Assembly (NCBI GenBank): GCA_951406725.2
Contig: OX597824.1
Location: 98,456,001 to 98,520,000, forward strand
Source: Octopus vulgaris
Lineage: Eukaryota
Length of the DNA: 64,000 bases
Direction of reading: 5' to 3'
Shown here: one piece after another, positions 25,273-38,039 of the stretch
How positions within the stretch are numbered: position 1 is the first letter of the stretch
How the letters are laid out: the number at the start of each line of letters is the position of its first letter
The notes under the pieces: generated by a model
Told to the model about the DNA's origin: nothing
Seen by the model: the letters and a program-made list of their open reading frames with translations, nothing else
The model's database searches: none
Position numbers and translations under genes: made by a program

Positions 25273-25881
25273 GAGTCTATAATGATGTAATCACACAGCC
25301 AAACTTCCAAACACAAGGATGTACAGATAATATTCAGTTATCTATGGAAGCACAGAAATAAACAGCAGAGTAAAGGGAGTACATGTAACAGAGCGCAACA
25401 AACTGCTGTTACACTAAATTTAATAAACCTGAACATGGCAATTCTTGCAACAAATAGACTAAAGACAACAAATCTCCCCCCAGTAACAATAAACTATATT
25501 TCAGGGAATGTGTGTCAACTTCCAAGAGCAATCAACGTACATTCAGGTGTAAGCAAACCTCCAGCAATGATGAACCAGTTTTCATTGAACATGAGTACTT
25601 CCATTGAAAATAATTTAGATTTTGTGAAACATTGTCAAACGTCAGTGACAATAAACTACTTCCGGTTTTACAAACCTGCCGCCAGCTATAATAATCTCAT
25701 CTAGCGCAACATAATCCACACTTACCCCCAGCAAGAATAAACTAATTCCAAGCGAACAATTCAAAACTCCTGAAACAGTGAATTGAACAGAGAAAGAGAA
25801 ATTGCGGCAAAAATGAAAAATAGATCCAAATGAACATGTCGACCTTCAGGAAGAATAACACGTCAACCCACAGTATTTACA

Positions 25882-25954
<73 letters not shown>

Positions 25955-25965
25955 TTATATATATA

Positions 25966-26008
<43 letters not shown>

Positions 26009-26034
26009 TACATATATATATATACATACGTATA

Positions 26035-26078
<44 letters not shown>

Positions 26079-26174
26079 TATGTGTATGTATATATATATA
26101 TATGTATATATATGTATACATACATTCATTCATACATACACACACACGCACGCGCGCGCGCACACACACTCACT

Positions 26175-26232
<58 letters not shown>

Positions 26233-26329
26233 GCGTTATCTATGTGATTCATGATGAAATTTGTTTCCAATCTCTGAAATCAGTTAAAAAGAAATCAATT
26301 TCATTGTCGCTTTTGGTGGTCACGGAATG

Positions 26330-27040
26330 ACGTTTTAGTGACGTCCTTTTAATGTCTTGAATTTGAATCCCACACAAAGCAACTTTGCCTTTTACCCTTT
26401 TTGGGGTTGATAAAATACCAATAAAATGCTGGGGTTGATCTGACAGACTATAACCCCACACCTACCCAAATCTAACAGTTTTAGGTCCGTATGTATCACT
26501 GTTCTTGCTAAGGCTTTTCACCCTTCTGGATTCAATAAAATACAGTACCAGTTATATACTGAGGTCGATTTAATAGACTGTCTGCGCCCCTCAGTTTTCT
26601 GATCTTGTTCCTATGTAAAAAATCATTGTTGTTCTTAAGTATTTAGGCACAAAGTCAACAGTTTTGATGGGAGCCGGAGTAGTGAGTATTGCCCACCCAA
26701 GTGTCCAGATGATATTTATTTTATCAACTCTTAAAGGATGAAAGGCAATGTCGACCTCGGCCGAATTTGAATTGTAAAGACGGACGAAATGCCGCAACAC
26801 ATTTTATTCGGCGTGCTAATGATTCTGCCAGCTCACCACTTCATGACAATGGAATATTGGTTTCAAATTTGGCCAGCAATTTTGAGGGGAGGGGCAAGTC
26901 GATTACATCGTCCCCAGTGTTCAACTGGAATGAAGGGTAAAGTCGACTTCAGCCTAATTTGAACTCAGAACGTAAAGACGGGCGAAATGCCGCTGAGCTT
27001 TTTGCCCGATGTGCTAACGATTCTGCTGGTACGCCACTTT
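26330..27040. mobile_element. Cluster of four Meta/MESC-like SINE copies (two plus-strand fragments, two minus-strand copies)
   Basis: tttgccttt..ggggttgataaaatacca at ~26383 and ~26512 (+); gatgaaaggcaa.gtcgacctcgg..gaatttgaa at ~26737 and ~26930 (-). Confidence 0.75.
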
Positions 27041-27929
27041 ATGATGGGGACATATTGGCAAATATCCCTTACTCTATAACACAGGAATCACAGAGGAACA
27101 CAGATATGTTGTCCCTCGGCGGCAGAAAAAGCTGGAGATATTCATTAATCTAACATACAACAATTTTTGTTTTATTCAAAATTTCAAGATTTCAAGGCTG
27201 TTCTAAATCTGTTATTTGCCTTATTTGTCAATATTTGCATTGGTTCATCTTCGTTTCTCTTTGTTCTTCTCAAAGTTATCAACAAATCTCAAATATTATC
27301 TAACATCGAACAAACAACAACAGTTCTTCGTGATGAAAATATGGAAGGATATTGATGAAGCTAATAAATGAGTGTTTTCTTTTTGCTTCCATTTCCTATG
27401 ATATATTCCAAATGTTAGTACTAATGGTTGGTACTATGAAAACCGTATCATTAGGCCCAAACTTAAAAGATGCCTACTTTGTATTTTAAATAAGAATGAG
27501 CAAATGGAGCGGATAAAACGCGACATTGCCAGAAACAAGTAATTTCTCTTAACTTCTCTCAGGTGTGTACTTTGTTCTTAAAGCTTCTACTTAGCTGTAC
27601 ACGGCAACGAGTTTTATAAAGCTGTACTTAAGTTTGCGCTTTTTTTTAAACAGGTTTCAGTACTTGTTGCTTGATGGGAAATGAAGTTTAACTCCAGGGA
27701 ATTTCTGAAAATGCTAAAAGCCACATTCCTGCAGAAGCGTGGGTTGAACAAAATTACGGTCTATTTTCTTTTCCAGGATTTCCTTTTCTTTGAGTTTTAA
27801 TCTTTAATATATTCCAGTTATGTCTTAAATCTGCGTCACACGATTAATGTTCAAGTGTTCGGGCTAAAGTTGACAATTTTTCTTCATGTCTCTTTACTTT
27901 TTTTTTTCAGGTGCAGATTGTTACTGGTG

Positions 27930-28740
27930 AACAGTCAACGGTGTTGGAGGGCATAAAATTTAAAGCTGTAGTTGAGAAAATATTGGTTGCTGACATGGAG
28001 GGCTGGAAGCCAAATGGAAACTGAAAAAGAGTTACCAGTATCAAAATGATTTGCGCCGGGAATCGAAACGACGACATCATGACTGCTGCTCACTGCTCTG
28101 CGAACAGAGTAAAAGCGATAAGACATGACATAGGCAGCTGCAACAGGAACTTCGAAGCTGTGGCCAGCAGGAAGAAATACATCAGGAGTTCTAATTGCAC
28201 CCACAGGCCGGAATTCATTCAACAATTAATGAACAGGACCTGAGAAGCTGCTGGGAACTGGTCGAACCCTGGCTTCAGAGGATTGCTTCTGAAAGCAATA
28301 TGTGTGGCGGTAGGATTCGGCTCCTAGCCATTCCTCTGGCAAGAGTCGGTAGTGGTTGTCAGAAAATTTCTACGATTTCCCCAATCCCAAATTCTTGCCT
28401 CCTAATCCCTCCGATTGTAACTCCATGGATTACTAAGTGTGGGGCATGGTTGAGAAAGACATTCAACGTTGTACTTGCAACCCAAGGCCGAGATGGTGGC
28501 CAAAATCAACGAGGTGCTCGAAGATCTTCCCAGGGACACTGTGAGGAACGCATGTACCAGGTTCCAGAGCCGTCTTTAGACAGTGACAGAAGCTGAGGAC
28601 GGTTACTTTGAGCAAACTGCTACATACCAGCCATAGTTGACATTTTTGATTTTCTTAAAATTTACTTTCATTTTTGGATGGGTTATTCTGGTTTTCTTTT
28701 CCTTTTATGTAAACTATCAAATTTATCCCGAACTTAGTAG
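27930..28740 (+). mobile_element. Tc1/mariner-superfamily (maT/DD37D-like) transposase remnant with internal deletion
   Basis: Broken frame: WR*DSAPSH..WLSENFYDF..KFLPPNPSDCNSMDY*VWGMVEK..DTVRNACTRF..DGYFE. Confidence 0.75.
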
Positions 28741-29171
28741 TCAGCATCTGATTTCTAAATATTAGGTGCGGCAAAAGATAGCTTTCCAAGGAAAAACAAA
28801 CGTTTCAACAGAAAACGCAAGATGTGTATCGATCCATTCTCTGATAGAAAGGAAAACAAAAGCGATGAACATCAGCTGCACGAAGCCAACGTTTATCATC
28901 TTCCTAGCTTCACTGGGACCGCATCAGTAATCGGGCGAAGTATGGGAGAGCTTTTTGCCGCAGTCTTTATAATCCTTAGAGAAAGACCAAAAGCAGTCAT
29001 GATTAGTAATCAACTGAAATTCTAGATATTCATCACGAATCATAAATGGAAAACAACCTGAAAGGTAAAACTGTCGACGAATGTATGACACGTTAATCCG
29101 ATGGTGTACAGATGTCTCGTCAGTGAGATAGCTATTGTCTGACCATATATCAGAAATTTACAAGACTACAG

Positions 29172-29214
<43 letters not shown>

Positions 29215-29335
29215 TGTTGTATGTATGTAATGGATACATTTCCTATGATATATCACGGCGACAGGAAATATACATATTAAATGATTTTAAAATATCACTA
29301 CTTGGTTTGACTTCAGCATTATAACTTGTACGACT

Positions 29336-29492
29336 AAGGCGGCAAGCTGTTGACATTACACATACAAACACTAGCAGCATTTTGTCTGTCGCTACGTTCT
29401 GAGTTCAAATTCCACCGAGGTCGACTTTGCCTTTCATCCTTTCGGGGTCGATTGAATAAGTACCAGTTACGCACTGGAATCGATATAATCGA
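29336..29492 (+). mobile_element. Meta/MESC-like tRNA SINE
   Basis: aaggcggcaagctg..ctgagttcaaattccaccgaggtcgactttgcctttcatcctttcggggtcg. Confidence 0.85.
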
Positions 29493-29514
29493 TATATATA
29501 TATATATATAGTAC

Positions 29515-29640
29515 ATATTTATGTCATTATTGTTTTATTTCAATGTTTCTTACCAATAGAGAAAGAATCGGTTTCTAACCTAAATCCAAGGCTTCTTCAT
29601 CGGAATTTCAACATCAACAACAGAGTATTTTTGTATGTAT
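29515..29640 (-). mobile_element. 3' UTR of the RLE LINE family at 49870-50580
   Basis: The reverse complement agaaaccgattctttctctattggtaagaaacattgaaataaaac matches 50529-50578; it abuts (TACA)n. Confidence 0.65.
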
Positions 29641-30084
29641 GTATGTATGTATGTATGTACGTATGTGTGTTTGTATGCATGTGTGTATGTATGTACACAT
29701 CTACACACCTACATACTCACATATGTTGGCATGCAATGATGTACGTGTATATGTGTTGATGTGAGTGTGTGTATAGAAGTGTGTATTTCCTAAGGCTGCG
29801 TATCGTGATGATAGATGGAGGCCATAGAATCGGACTGGCGAACAAGGGAAAGTGGCTGCCACTTTACAAACACGACCACACCGTTTGCTGTCGTCCGTAC
29901 TAACAGCACACGCTACTTTCTCTGAAGTAGCAAGATATATTATATAGTGTAGTCCTAGATACACTTATGTCGCAATAAAATAAGATTTCTTTAGTCACGG
30001 CCGGAGCGATTTTGGTCATAGGTGTGTTGGGTTAAGATAGACATGTCGCAAAACAATAATCACACCAACAGACAATAATCGTTG

Positions 30085-30355
30085 TGTCGCGAGTCCTGGA
30101 AAGACCCCTGCGCCGGGGGGGGGGTCTGTTTACAGGGATCAAATGCTTGAGCTGTACTTTAGCTCACTTCCTCCATCAAATTGACATTACCTGTCAAGTG
30201 CACAGTGTACCCCCATGTCAGGTGTCGAAGTCATCGCAAAGTAACACCAGATGAAGTATTTTGCACAAGAACACAACGGACCACTCGATTCGGGAATCGA
30301 ACCCATGACCTCGCGATCGTTAGTGCAGCGCCCTAACCACCAGGCCATCCGTCCT
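30085..30355 (-). mobile_element. tRNA-derived SINE, diverged
   Basis: Minus strand ggatggcctggtggttagggcgctgcac..gggttcgattcccg..gtgttcttgtgcaaaatactt. Confidence 0.7.
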
Positions 30356-30799
30356 CATATACGACAAACAATAAATTCCTTTGACTAGCACGAAACTATA
30401 TTTAGAGTCAGCAAAGGAGCCTGTAGGGTGTCGATCGACTCGTGAGAAATAGCAGTTAAATCTCTCTCTAATTTTATCATAATGTCTTTTAAAATGAGGG
30501 ACAGTGAATGATGTAACCTTATATCTATGTCTGGACTAGCAAAGGATGATAAGGCATGGTTGGAACGACTTTAATCATAGTTTTTGTGGATGAAGCTTGA
30601 CCTGGTGTCAAACAACAACAATAACAATACATAATTATAAAATGTTGGTAAGACAACACACGTGACCATCGAACTGACCAATGGCATAAGGCTAAGCTAT
30701 CACACTGAAAATTACATGACCAATCACATTCGAGCAAGTAAATGAGCAAATATCGTACAAAACTAAAAATGGAATCATCTGTTTCCTTACACACACACA

Positions 30800-30849
<50 letters not shown>

Positions 30850-31334
30850 CGCGCGTGTGAGCGCGTGTGCGTGTGTGTATGTGTGTGTGTGTATGACTGG
30901 CAACATCTTCTTTTGAACTTGTCATCCCTTGTAATGTGTGTGTGTGTGTGTGTGTATGTGAGTGTGCTTGTGTCTGTATGTGTAATGTCAACAAATACAG
31001 CCGATAAAAAGTCGGGACAAAAACAAAAACAGAATTCTAGCCTCGCTTTGAAGAATAAACAGAGAAGGAAAAAGAGGGGGAGGAGAGATACAGAAAGAGT
31101 GGATTGACAGAGGTAGAAAGAGAGGGGAGAGTGAGGGAGAGAAAGAGAGAGGGGGGAAGAGGGATCAACAAACAGAATGAGAGAAAAAGAGATAGAGAAA
31201 GAAAGAGGGAGCGTGAATAGTTTTGATTGTTTTGTACCTAGAATCAACAGACTCGGAAAAAAACTGACCGAGTTTTACTGGTTTTTAACATCGATCAATC
31301 ACAGCTGATCAATCACCGATAGTTACTCGCCTTA

Positions 31335-31382
<48 letters not shown>

Positions 31383-31589
31383 GCATACACACACACAGCG
31401 TTTACTAAATAAATGGAGTCCTGACCTCTGCCAGCGTCCCAAAAGGAGTCCTGTTATTTGTCGTCTCCACCGCAAAAAGATTTCAGGATTACACCAGCCG
31501 CCATCTTTAATTGAAGTAAACCCCTTCTCAATATGACATGTAGAACTACATTTAGATTATAACATGTGTGTGTGTGTGTGTGTGTATTC

Positions 31590-31784
31590 TTTTATTCTTT
31601 TACGTGTTTCAGCCATTTGACTGTGGCCATGCTGGAGCACCGCCTCTAGTCGAACAAATCGACTTATTCTTTGTAAGCCTGGTACTTATTATATCGGTCT
31701 CTTTTGCCGAACCGCTAGATTGTGGGGACGTAAACTCACCGGCATCGGTTGTCGATCGACGGTAGGAAGACAAACGCACAAACA

Positions 31785-31790
<6 letters not shown>
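31590..31790 (-). mobile_element. 3' half of CORE-like SINE
   Basis: Reverse-complement match to 19725-19915. Confidence 0.8.
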
Positions 31791-31852
<62 letters not shown>

Positions 31853-31856
<4 letters not shown>

Positions 31857-32213
31857 TGACAACGCTTCTATAAAACGCTTCTCTAAAAGAAATGGAGAAA
31901 CTTTCAAAATACAAAGACTTGGAAATAGAGGTAACTCGAATGTGGAATCTAAAAACAGAAACAATTCCCATCATAGTAGGCGCATTAGGTATGATAAAAA
32001 AATATTCAGACAAACACACAACAAAAACACCAGGACTAACAAATATATATAACATACAGAAAATTGCACTACTGGGCACTGCACACATCTTACGCAGAAC
32101 ACTTTCCATACAATAACCATCAGAGCATCACAACAAAACACAGCACATACCCAAGGCACACAGAGTTGCGGTCGCTAGTGAAGTGAAAGCACGATATAAA
32201 AATAAAACTACTG
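31853..32213 (+). mobile_element. R4/Dong-like LINE 3' end (same family as 17794-18288)
   Basis: ORF 31892-32116 is nearly identical to 17952-18197, with the same 3' UTR and (AAT)n tail. Confidence 0.9.
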
Positions 32214-32235
32214 AATAATAATAATAATAATAATA

Positions 32236-32310
<75 letters not shown>

Positions 32311-32311
<1 letters not shown>

Positions 32312-33295
32312 GTTAGTTAGTTAGTTAATTTGGCTCAAAAGCAAATAGCAAGGCCATGTAGGGGGACATGGAGTTAAGTACAGGGTGGTGTTCATGTAAA
32401 GAGTTCAGGCCACTTGAGGTCAAGGGAGGCTTTGAACAAAGCGGTCGTCGGCATCTTCACCATCTCGTCTGGCAGCTTGTTCCACGGATCCGCAACCCGG
32501 ATGGAGAAAGCTCCTCTCCTTCGATTGAGATGAAATCGTCGCAGGTAGAGCTTTTCGGAATGACCCCGCAGCCGACGCTCTGGAGCAGGAGTGAAGAACA
32601 GCTCTTTCGAGAGGTTACACTTTTCGCTTATGATGTTGTGGGCGAGAATTAGATCACCACGGCGGCGGCGTTTTTCAAGAGAATAAAGGTCGAGCGTCCT
32701 CAGCCTTTCTTCGTAGGACAAATTTTTGAGACCATGAACCATGCGGGTAGCCAGCTTCTGGACTCTTTCGAGATGCTGTATGTCTTTGAGGAGATAAGGA
32801 GAAGAGGCTTGAATCCCATACTCCAATATGGGTCTCACCAGCGTGACATAGAGTGGTAGGAATATGGCTGCTGTGAGCATTCCGAATGACCGTCGAATCA
32901 AGAACAGAATTCCGCGTGCTTTGTTGGCAGCATGGACGCACTGGGCCGAAGGCGAAAAGGAGGAATCCACCAAGATACCTAGGTCCTCTCCAGCAGCAGA
33001 CGACCCGGCTCGAAATCAAGTTAAGTTGCAGGAGTAGAGCCGACAGGCAGATGACAGCACTTTGACACGTTCAGACACAGGTCCCAATCGTTAGACCACT
33101 TCCAAATTTGGTGGAGGCATCGACGAAGATCCTCTATATTACCGCGAGGAGCGACCAGTTTGATATCGTCGGCAAATAGAAGGGTGTGTTGTGTGAGGTC
33201 GTCGGGCAAGTAATTTATGAAGACTAAGAACAACAACGGCCCAAGCACTGAACCTTGAGGCACGCCACTGCTCGCACTGGAGACGTCGGACCGCG
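32311..33295 (-). mobile_element. CR1-group LINE, 5'-truncated, inserted in (TAA)n
   Basis: SSGVPQGSVLGPLLFLVFIN..FADDIKL (33021-33295) and LVRPILEY..LEKRRRRGDLI..WNKLP (32392-32973); (TAAC)n 3' tail. Confidence 0.92.
32392..32973 (-). CDS. LINE ORF2 C-terminal (post-RT) fragment
   Basis: CR1-type motifs YVTLVRPILEY, LERVQKLATRMV, YEERL and RRRRGDLI. Confidence 0.6.
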   Translation of the reverse strand: MVDSSFSPSAQCVHAANKARGILFLIRRSFGMLTAAIFLPLYVTLVRPILEYGIQASSPYLLKDIQHLERVQKLATRMVHGLKNLSYEERLRTLDLYSLEKRRRRGDLILAHNIISEKCNLSKELFFTPAPERRLRGHSEKLYLRRFHLNRRRGAFSIRVADPWNKLPDEMVKMPTTALFKASLDLKWPELFT

Positions 33296-33318
33296 AATAA
33301 TATAATAATAATAATAAC

Positions 33319-33395
<77 letters not shown>

Positions 33396-33406
33396 TAGTG
33401 ATAATG

Positions 33407-33494
<88 letters not shown>

Positions 33495-33552
33495 TAAACG
33501 CTATAAAAATAAAACTACTGAATAATAATAATAACAATAATAATAATAATAA

Positions 33553-34357
33553 GATCAAAACCTATTAACCCGGAACTACCAGGCCAATGTGATGAAAAAT
33601 GGAGCAGACCAAAAATGCCGATTCTGCAACGATATTATTGAAACAGTGGACCACCTAATCTCTGGATGTAAAGTCTTAGCACCAGTGGAGTATAAATTAA
33701 GACATGACAGAGTTGGCCAATATCTAAACTGGCTAATAAGTCGGCATTACAATATCAAACCTGCCGACAAGTGGTATAATCACCACCCTGAAGCTGTAAC
33801 TGAAGGAGAAAATGTAACGATTTTGTGGGACTTTCCAGTACATATAGACCGAACCATCAAAGCCAATAAACCGGATATTGTTGTGAAAGACCAAAACAAT
33901 AAAGTTTGCGTATTGATCGACATGAGCATCCCCTGTGATCATAATATCTCGGCAAAAGAATTTGACAAGCTCACAAAATATAAAGACCTGCTCATTGAAA
34001 TTGAGAAAATGTGGCATCTCAAGGCGGTTACAATTCCAGTGATCGTAGGAGCACTAGGAATGATCAAGAAGGGAACCGAAAATTATATGAGAATGATCCC
34101 TGGCTTACCATCCCTGCAAGAAGTGCAAAAGATTGTCTTAACTGGTACATCACACTTATTGAGAAGAGCATTGTCGATGTGAGAACTATTACTACCCATG
34201 TATTTTAATTTAACTTTATTTCTATAAAAAAAAATGAACGAACTAGTGAGTTTAATTTAATGGCCTACCAATGTATACTATGAGTTTCTTTGCCCTAGGA
34301 GTCGGGAAGACACTCGGCAAGAAATGGAAGCGAATTTGAAAGAAGAAGAAAAACCCA
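33553..34357 (+). mobile_element. R4/Dong-like LINE 3' portion (second family): CCHC finger plus RLE
   Basis: ORF 33589-34182 CRFC..ETVDHLISGC, RHD, ILWDFPVHIDRTIKANKPDIVV..IDMSIP..KYKDL; flanked by (TAA)n. Confidence 0.92.
33589..34182 (+). CDS. Non-LTR retrotransposon CCHC zinc knuckle and restriction-like endonuclease, 5'-truncated
   Basis: 197-aa uninterrupted frame with C-x2-C-x8-H-x4-C, RHD and PD..D..K motifs. Confidence 0.7.
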   Translation: MMKNGADQKCRFCNDIIETVDHLISGCKVLAPVEYKLRHDRVGQYLNWLISRHYNIKPADKWYNHHPEAVTEGENVTILWDFPVHIDRTIKANKPDIVVKDQNNKVCVLIDMSIPCDHNISAKEFDKLTKYKDLLIEIEKMWHLKAVTIPVIVGALGMIKKGTENYMRMIPGLPSLQEVQKIVLTGTSHLLRRALSM

Positions 34358-34370
34358 TAAATAATAATAA

Positions 34371-34830
34371 TGTTTATTAATTGAGATGAGTATTCCTTGT
34401 GATCACAATATAGAGGCGAAAGATTTTGACAAGATTAGTAAATATAAAGACTTGCTAATAGAAATTGAAAAAAATGTGGCATCTCAAAGCGACTACAGTA
34501 TCATTGATTGTAGGATCTCTAGGAATGATAAAAAAAAAAGGTGCTGAAACCTATTTGAAAATGATACCAGGCTTACCATCCCTACAGGAAGGGCAAAAAT
34601 TCGTGTTAACTGGAACGATTCATGTACTGAGAAAAGCATTATGGCTGTGAAAACAACATCCATTCATGAATTTATTTGTTTATTAATTTTTTTTAAATAC
34701 ATATTTTACCTGTGAATTTGCGTGTGTAATCTAGGAATGCATACAATGAGCTTCTCTGCCCTAGGTGTACGGAAAAAACTCGGTGAGAAATGGAAGAAAA
34801 TTTGAACAAAGAAGGTAAAAAAAAAAAATA
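34371..34830 (+). mobile_element. R4/Dong-like LINE 3' end, diverged relative of 33553-34357
   Basis: MSIPCDHNI..KYKDLLIE..MWHLKATTVSLIVGSLGM; similar 3' UTR (tctgccctagg..actcgg..gaaatggaag). Confidence 0.85.
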
Positions 34831-34833
34831 ATA

Positions 34834-35352
34834 ATACTTGCAACAAGTTTGGACTTGACAGAACAAAATAGAAAAATGGTATGAACATAAATCCGAAGGC
34901 ATCATCGAAAATGGTAATTGAAAGATCCTATGGGGTTTTATGATTCAGTGCGACCATGAGATAGAGAATAGGAAACCAGACATAGTGTTAATTGAGAAAG
35001 AAAGCAAATGATGCTGGATCATAGATATGGCATGCCCAGCTGACAACAAGATATGCGATAATGAAGAAAGAAAATCGATAGATATAACAGGTTAGCCTGT
35101 GAGGTTAAGCAGTTGGTAGTAGTGCCAACGATTGTCGGAGCCCTGGAAACAGTGAGTTAAAATCTTGTGAAGTACATGGGACAAATAGGGGCTGCAATAA
35201 GGGTGGTGCACTTGCAGAAAACATCACTGCTTGGAACCGCTTAAATACTCCGAATGGTGCTCGAAAATGGAAGGGTGTTACCTTAGTTCACTGGTAATGA
35301 ACAGCTGACACTGTAGTACATCTCCAGCGTTAGAAGCTATGCAAAGACAATC
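34834..35352 (+). mobile_element. R4/Dong-like LINE RLE fragment (third family), degraded
   Basis: KWYEHKSEGIIEN..ILWGFMIQCDHEIENRKPDIVLIEK..WIIDMACP..VVPTIVGAL; short (TAA) tail. Confidence 0.8.
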
Positions 35353-35369
35353 AAATAATAATAAGAATA

Positions 35370-35722
35370 TTGATGATGATGATGATGATGATGACGATGA
35401 CGATGATGATGATGATGACGATGACGATGACGATGATGATGATGATGACGATGACGATGACGATGACAATGACGATGACGACGATGATGATGATGATGAC
35501 GATGACGATGACGATGATGATGATGATGATGATGAAGATGACGATGATGATGATGATGACGATGACGATGACGATGACGATGACAATGACGATGACGACA
35601 ATGATGATGATGATGATGATGACGACGACGATGATGATGATGATGATGACGATGACGATGACGATGGCGATGGCGATGATGATGATGATGATGACGATGA
35701 CGATGACGATGATGATGATGAT

Positions 35723-35757
<35 letters not shown>

Positions 35758-35812
35758 TGATGACGACGATGATGATGATGATGATGATGACGATGACGAT
35801 GATGATGATGAT
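35370..35812. repeat. (GAT/GAC)n microsatellite
   Basis: Direct reading. Confidence 0.98.
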
Positions 35813-36000
35813 CAAACTTTTGCGCAAAGACAGCTATTTCGGAAGAAGAGACTAATCTGTTACATCGACCCCCGTGTTTTACTGGTACTCATTTTATTGA
35901 CTCCGAAAGGATGAAAAGCAAAGTCGACCTCGGCGGAATTTGAACTCAGAACATTAAAGATGGACAAAATACCGCCAAGCATTTTGCCCGCTCGCTGCTT
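35812..36000 (-). mobile_element. Meta/MESC-like tRNA SINE
   Basis: Reverse-complement match to 3786-3998; its tail runs into the (ATC)n array. Confidence 0.8.
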
Positions 36001-36442
36001 TCATAGTCTCCAATGTCGTCACTGCTGGTGTTGTTATTAATATTGTCTTCGACACAACATATTAAATGTTTGAGATATTTGTTCCATTAAGTCTTCACTA
36101 AATCGGTCATTTTTTACTTTTGTGTGTTTTGGTTTAATGATATTCTTTTCTCTTTGTTTTTTGTTGTTGTTGTTGAAGGATTCAGTTTTGTGGTTCAACC
36201 ATGTTTGGCAGCCATTTGTAGAAATGCAAAGAGTGCGAATAAAGGTTTTAAATGTTTGTAAAACAAAACATTTTTTCTTGTTTACCTCAATGATTTCCTC
36301 GGGTAATTATTGCCCGGTTTTCATAAATACACGAAGGAAAATTTCATTTCATAATGTTTGAATAAATCGTGCCTCGAAGGAAAGACAAAAAACGACGACG
36401 ACAACAACAATAACAACGATAACGGCAAAAACAATAATAATT

Positions 36443-36479
<37 letters not shown>

Positions 36480-36564
36480 CGACGATGATGATGATGATGA
36501 TGACGATGATGATGATGATGATGATGATGATGACGATGATGATGATGATGATGATGATGATGAC

Positions 36565-36599
<35 letters not shown>

Positions 36600-36603
36600 C
36601 GAC

Positions 36604-36638
<35 letters not shown>

Positions 36639-36660
36639 CGATGATGATGATGATGATGAC

Positions 36661-36695
<35 letters not shown>

Positions 36696-36753
36696 CGATG
36701 ATGATGATGATGATGATGATGACGATGATGATGATGATGATGATGATGATGAC

Positions 36754-36788
<35 letters not shown>

Positions 36789-36867
36789 CGACGATGATGA
36801 TGATGATGACGATGATGATGATGATGATGATGATGACGATGATGATGATGATGATGATGATGATGAC

Positions 36868-36905
<38 letters not shown>

Positions 36906-36927
36906 CGATGATGATGATGATGATGAC

Positions 36928-36962
<35 letters not shown>

Positions 36963-37080
36963 CGATGATGATGATGATGACGATGATGATGATGATGATG
37001 ATGACGATGATGATGATGATGACGATGATGATGATGATGACGATGATGATGATGATGACGATGATGATGATGATGATGAC

Positions 37081-37116
<36 letters not shown>

Positions 37117-37241
37117 AACGACGACGATGATTATGATGACGATGATGATGACGACGACGATGATGATGATGATGACGATGATGATGATGATGATGGTGAC
37201 GACGATGATGATGATGATGATGACGATGATGATGATGATGG

Positions 37242-37280
<39 letters not shown>

Positions 37281-37356
37281 CGACGACGATGATGATGATG
37301 ATGATGACGATGATAACGACGACGATGATGATGATGACGATGATGATGACGACGAC

Positions 37357-37400
<44 letters not shown>

Positions 37401-37404
37401 CGAC

Positions 37405-37455
<51 letters not shown>
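36443..37455. repeat. ~1-kb (GAT)n microsatellite with GAC interruptions
   Basis: Direct reading; it abuts the tail of a minus-strand SINE fragment (37455-37590). Confidence 0.98.
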
Positions 37456-37457
<2 letters not shown>

Positions 37458-37754
37458 CAAATTTTGGCAAAAGGCCAGCAATTACGGAGGAGCGGGTAAA
37501 TCGATTATATCGACCCCAGTATATAACTGATTCTTATTTTATTGGCCACGAATGGATGAAAGGGAAAACTGAGTTCAGCAAAGTTAGAACCCATAAAAGC
37601 CACGGGAGCCGAATGATTAATGATAATTTCGTCTGGGCGTCAAGTTCTTAGGCGTCACATGAGACATCATAAACGATGGTGAGGGAGAACTTGGGATGTT
37701 TCTTAGAGAGAAATGGATCTAGGAAATGGTTTTACTCAGTCACGAGCTGTATTC

Positions 37755-37794
<40 letters not shown>

Positions 37795-37827
37795 TATATT
37801 GCACTTACACACACACACATATATATT

Positions 37828-38039
37828 TCATTATTGCCCACAGGGGACAAACAAGGATCGACAAAGGGATTAAATTGATTACATCGAACCTAGTGCGTAA
37901 CTGGTACTTATTTAATCAACCCCGAAAGGATGAAAGGCAAAGTCAACCTCGGCTGAATTTGAACTCAGAACGTAACGGCAGACGAAATACCGCTGAGCAT
38001 TTCGCCCGGCGTGCTAACGATCCTGCCAGCTCGCCGCCC
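37828..38039 (-). mobile_element. Meta/MESC-like tRNA SINE
   Basis: Close match to 43066-43293. Confidence 0.88.

Noticed and set aside
29085-29130. Minus-strand CTGACGA motif
   Set aside because: No GAAA and no closing stem I.
36358-37651. 390-402 aa poly-Asp, poly-Met and poly-Ile ORFs (also 35339-35914)
   Set aside because: These are translations of (GAT)n microsatellite; the non-repeat end is SINE sequence and there is no splice or domain evidence.
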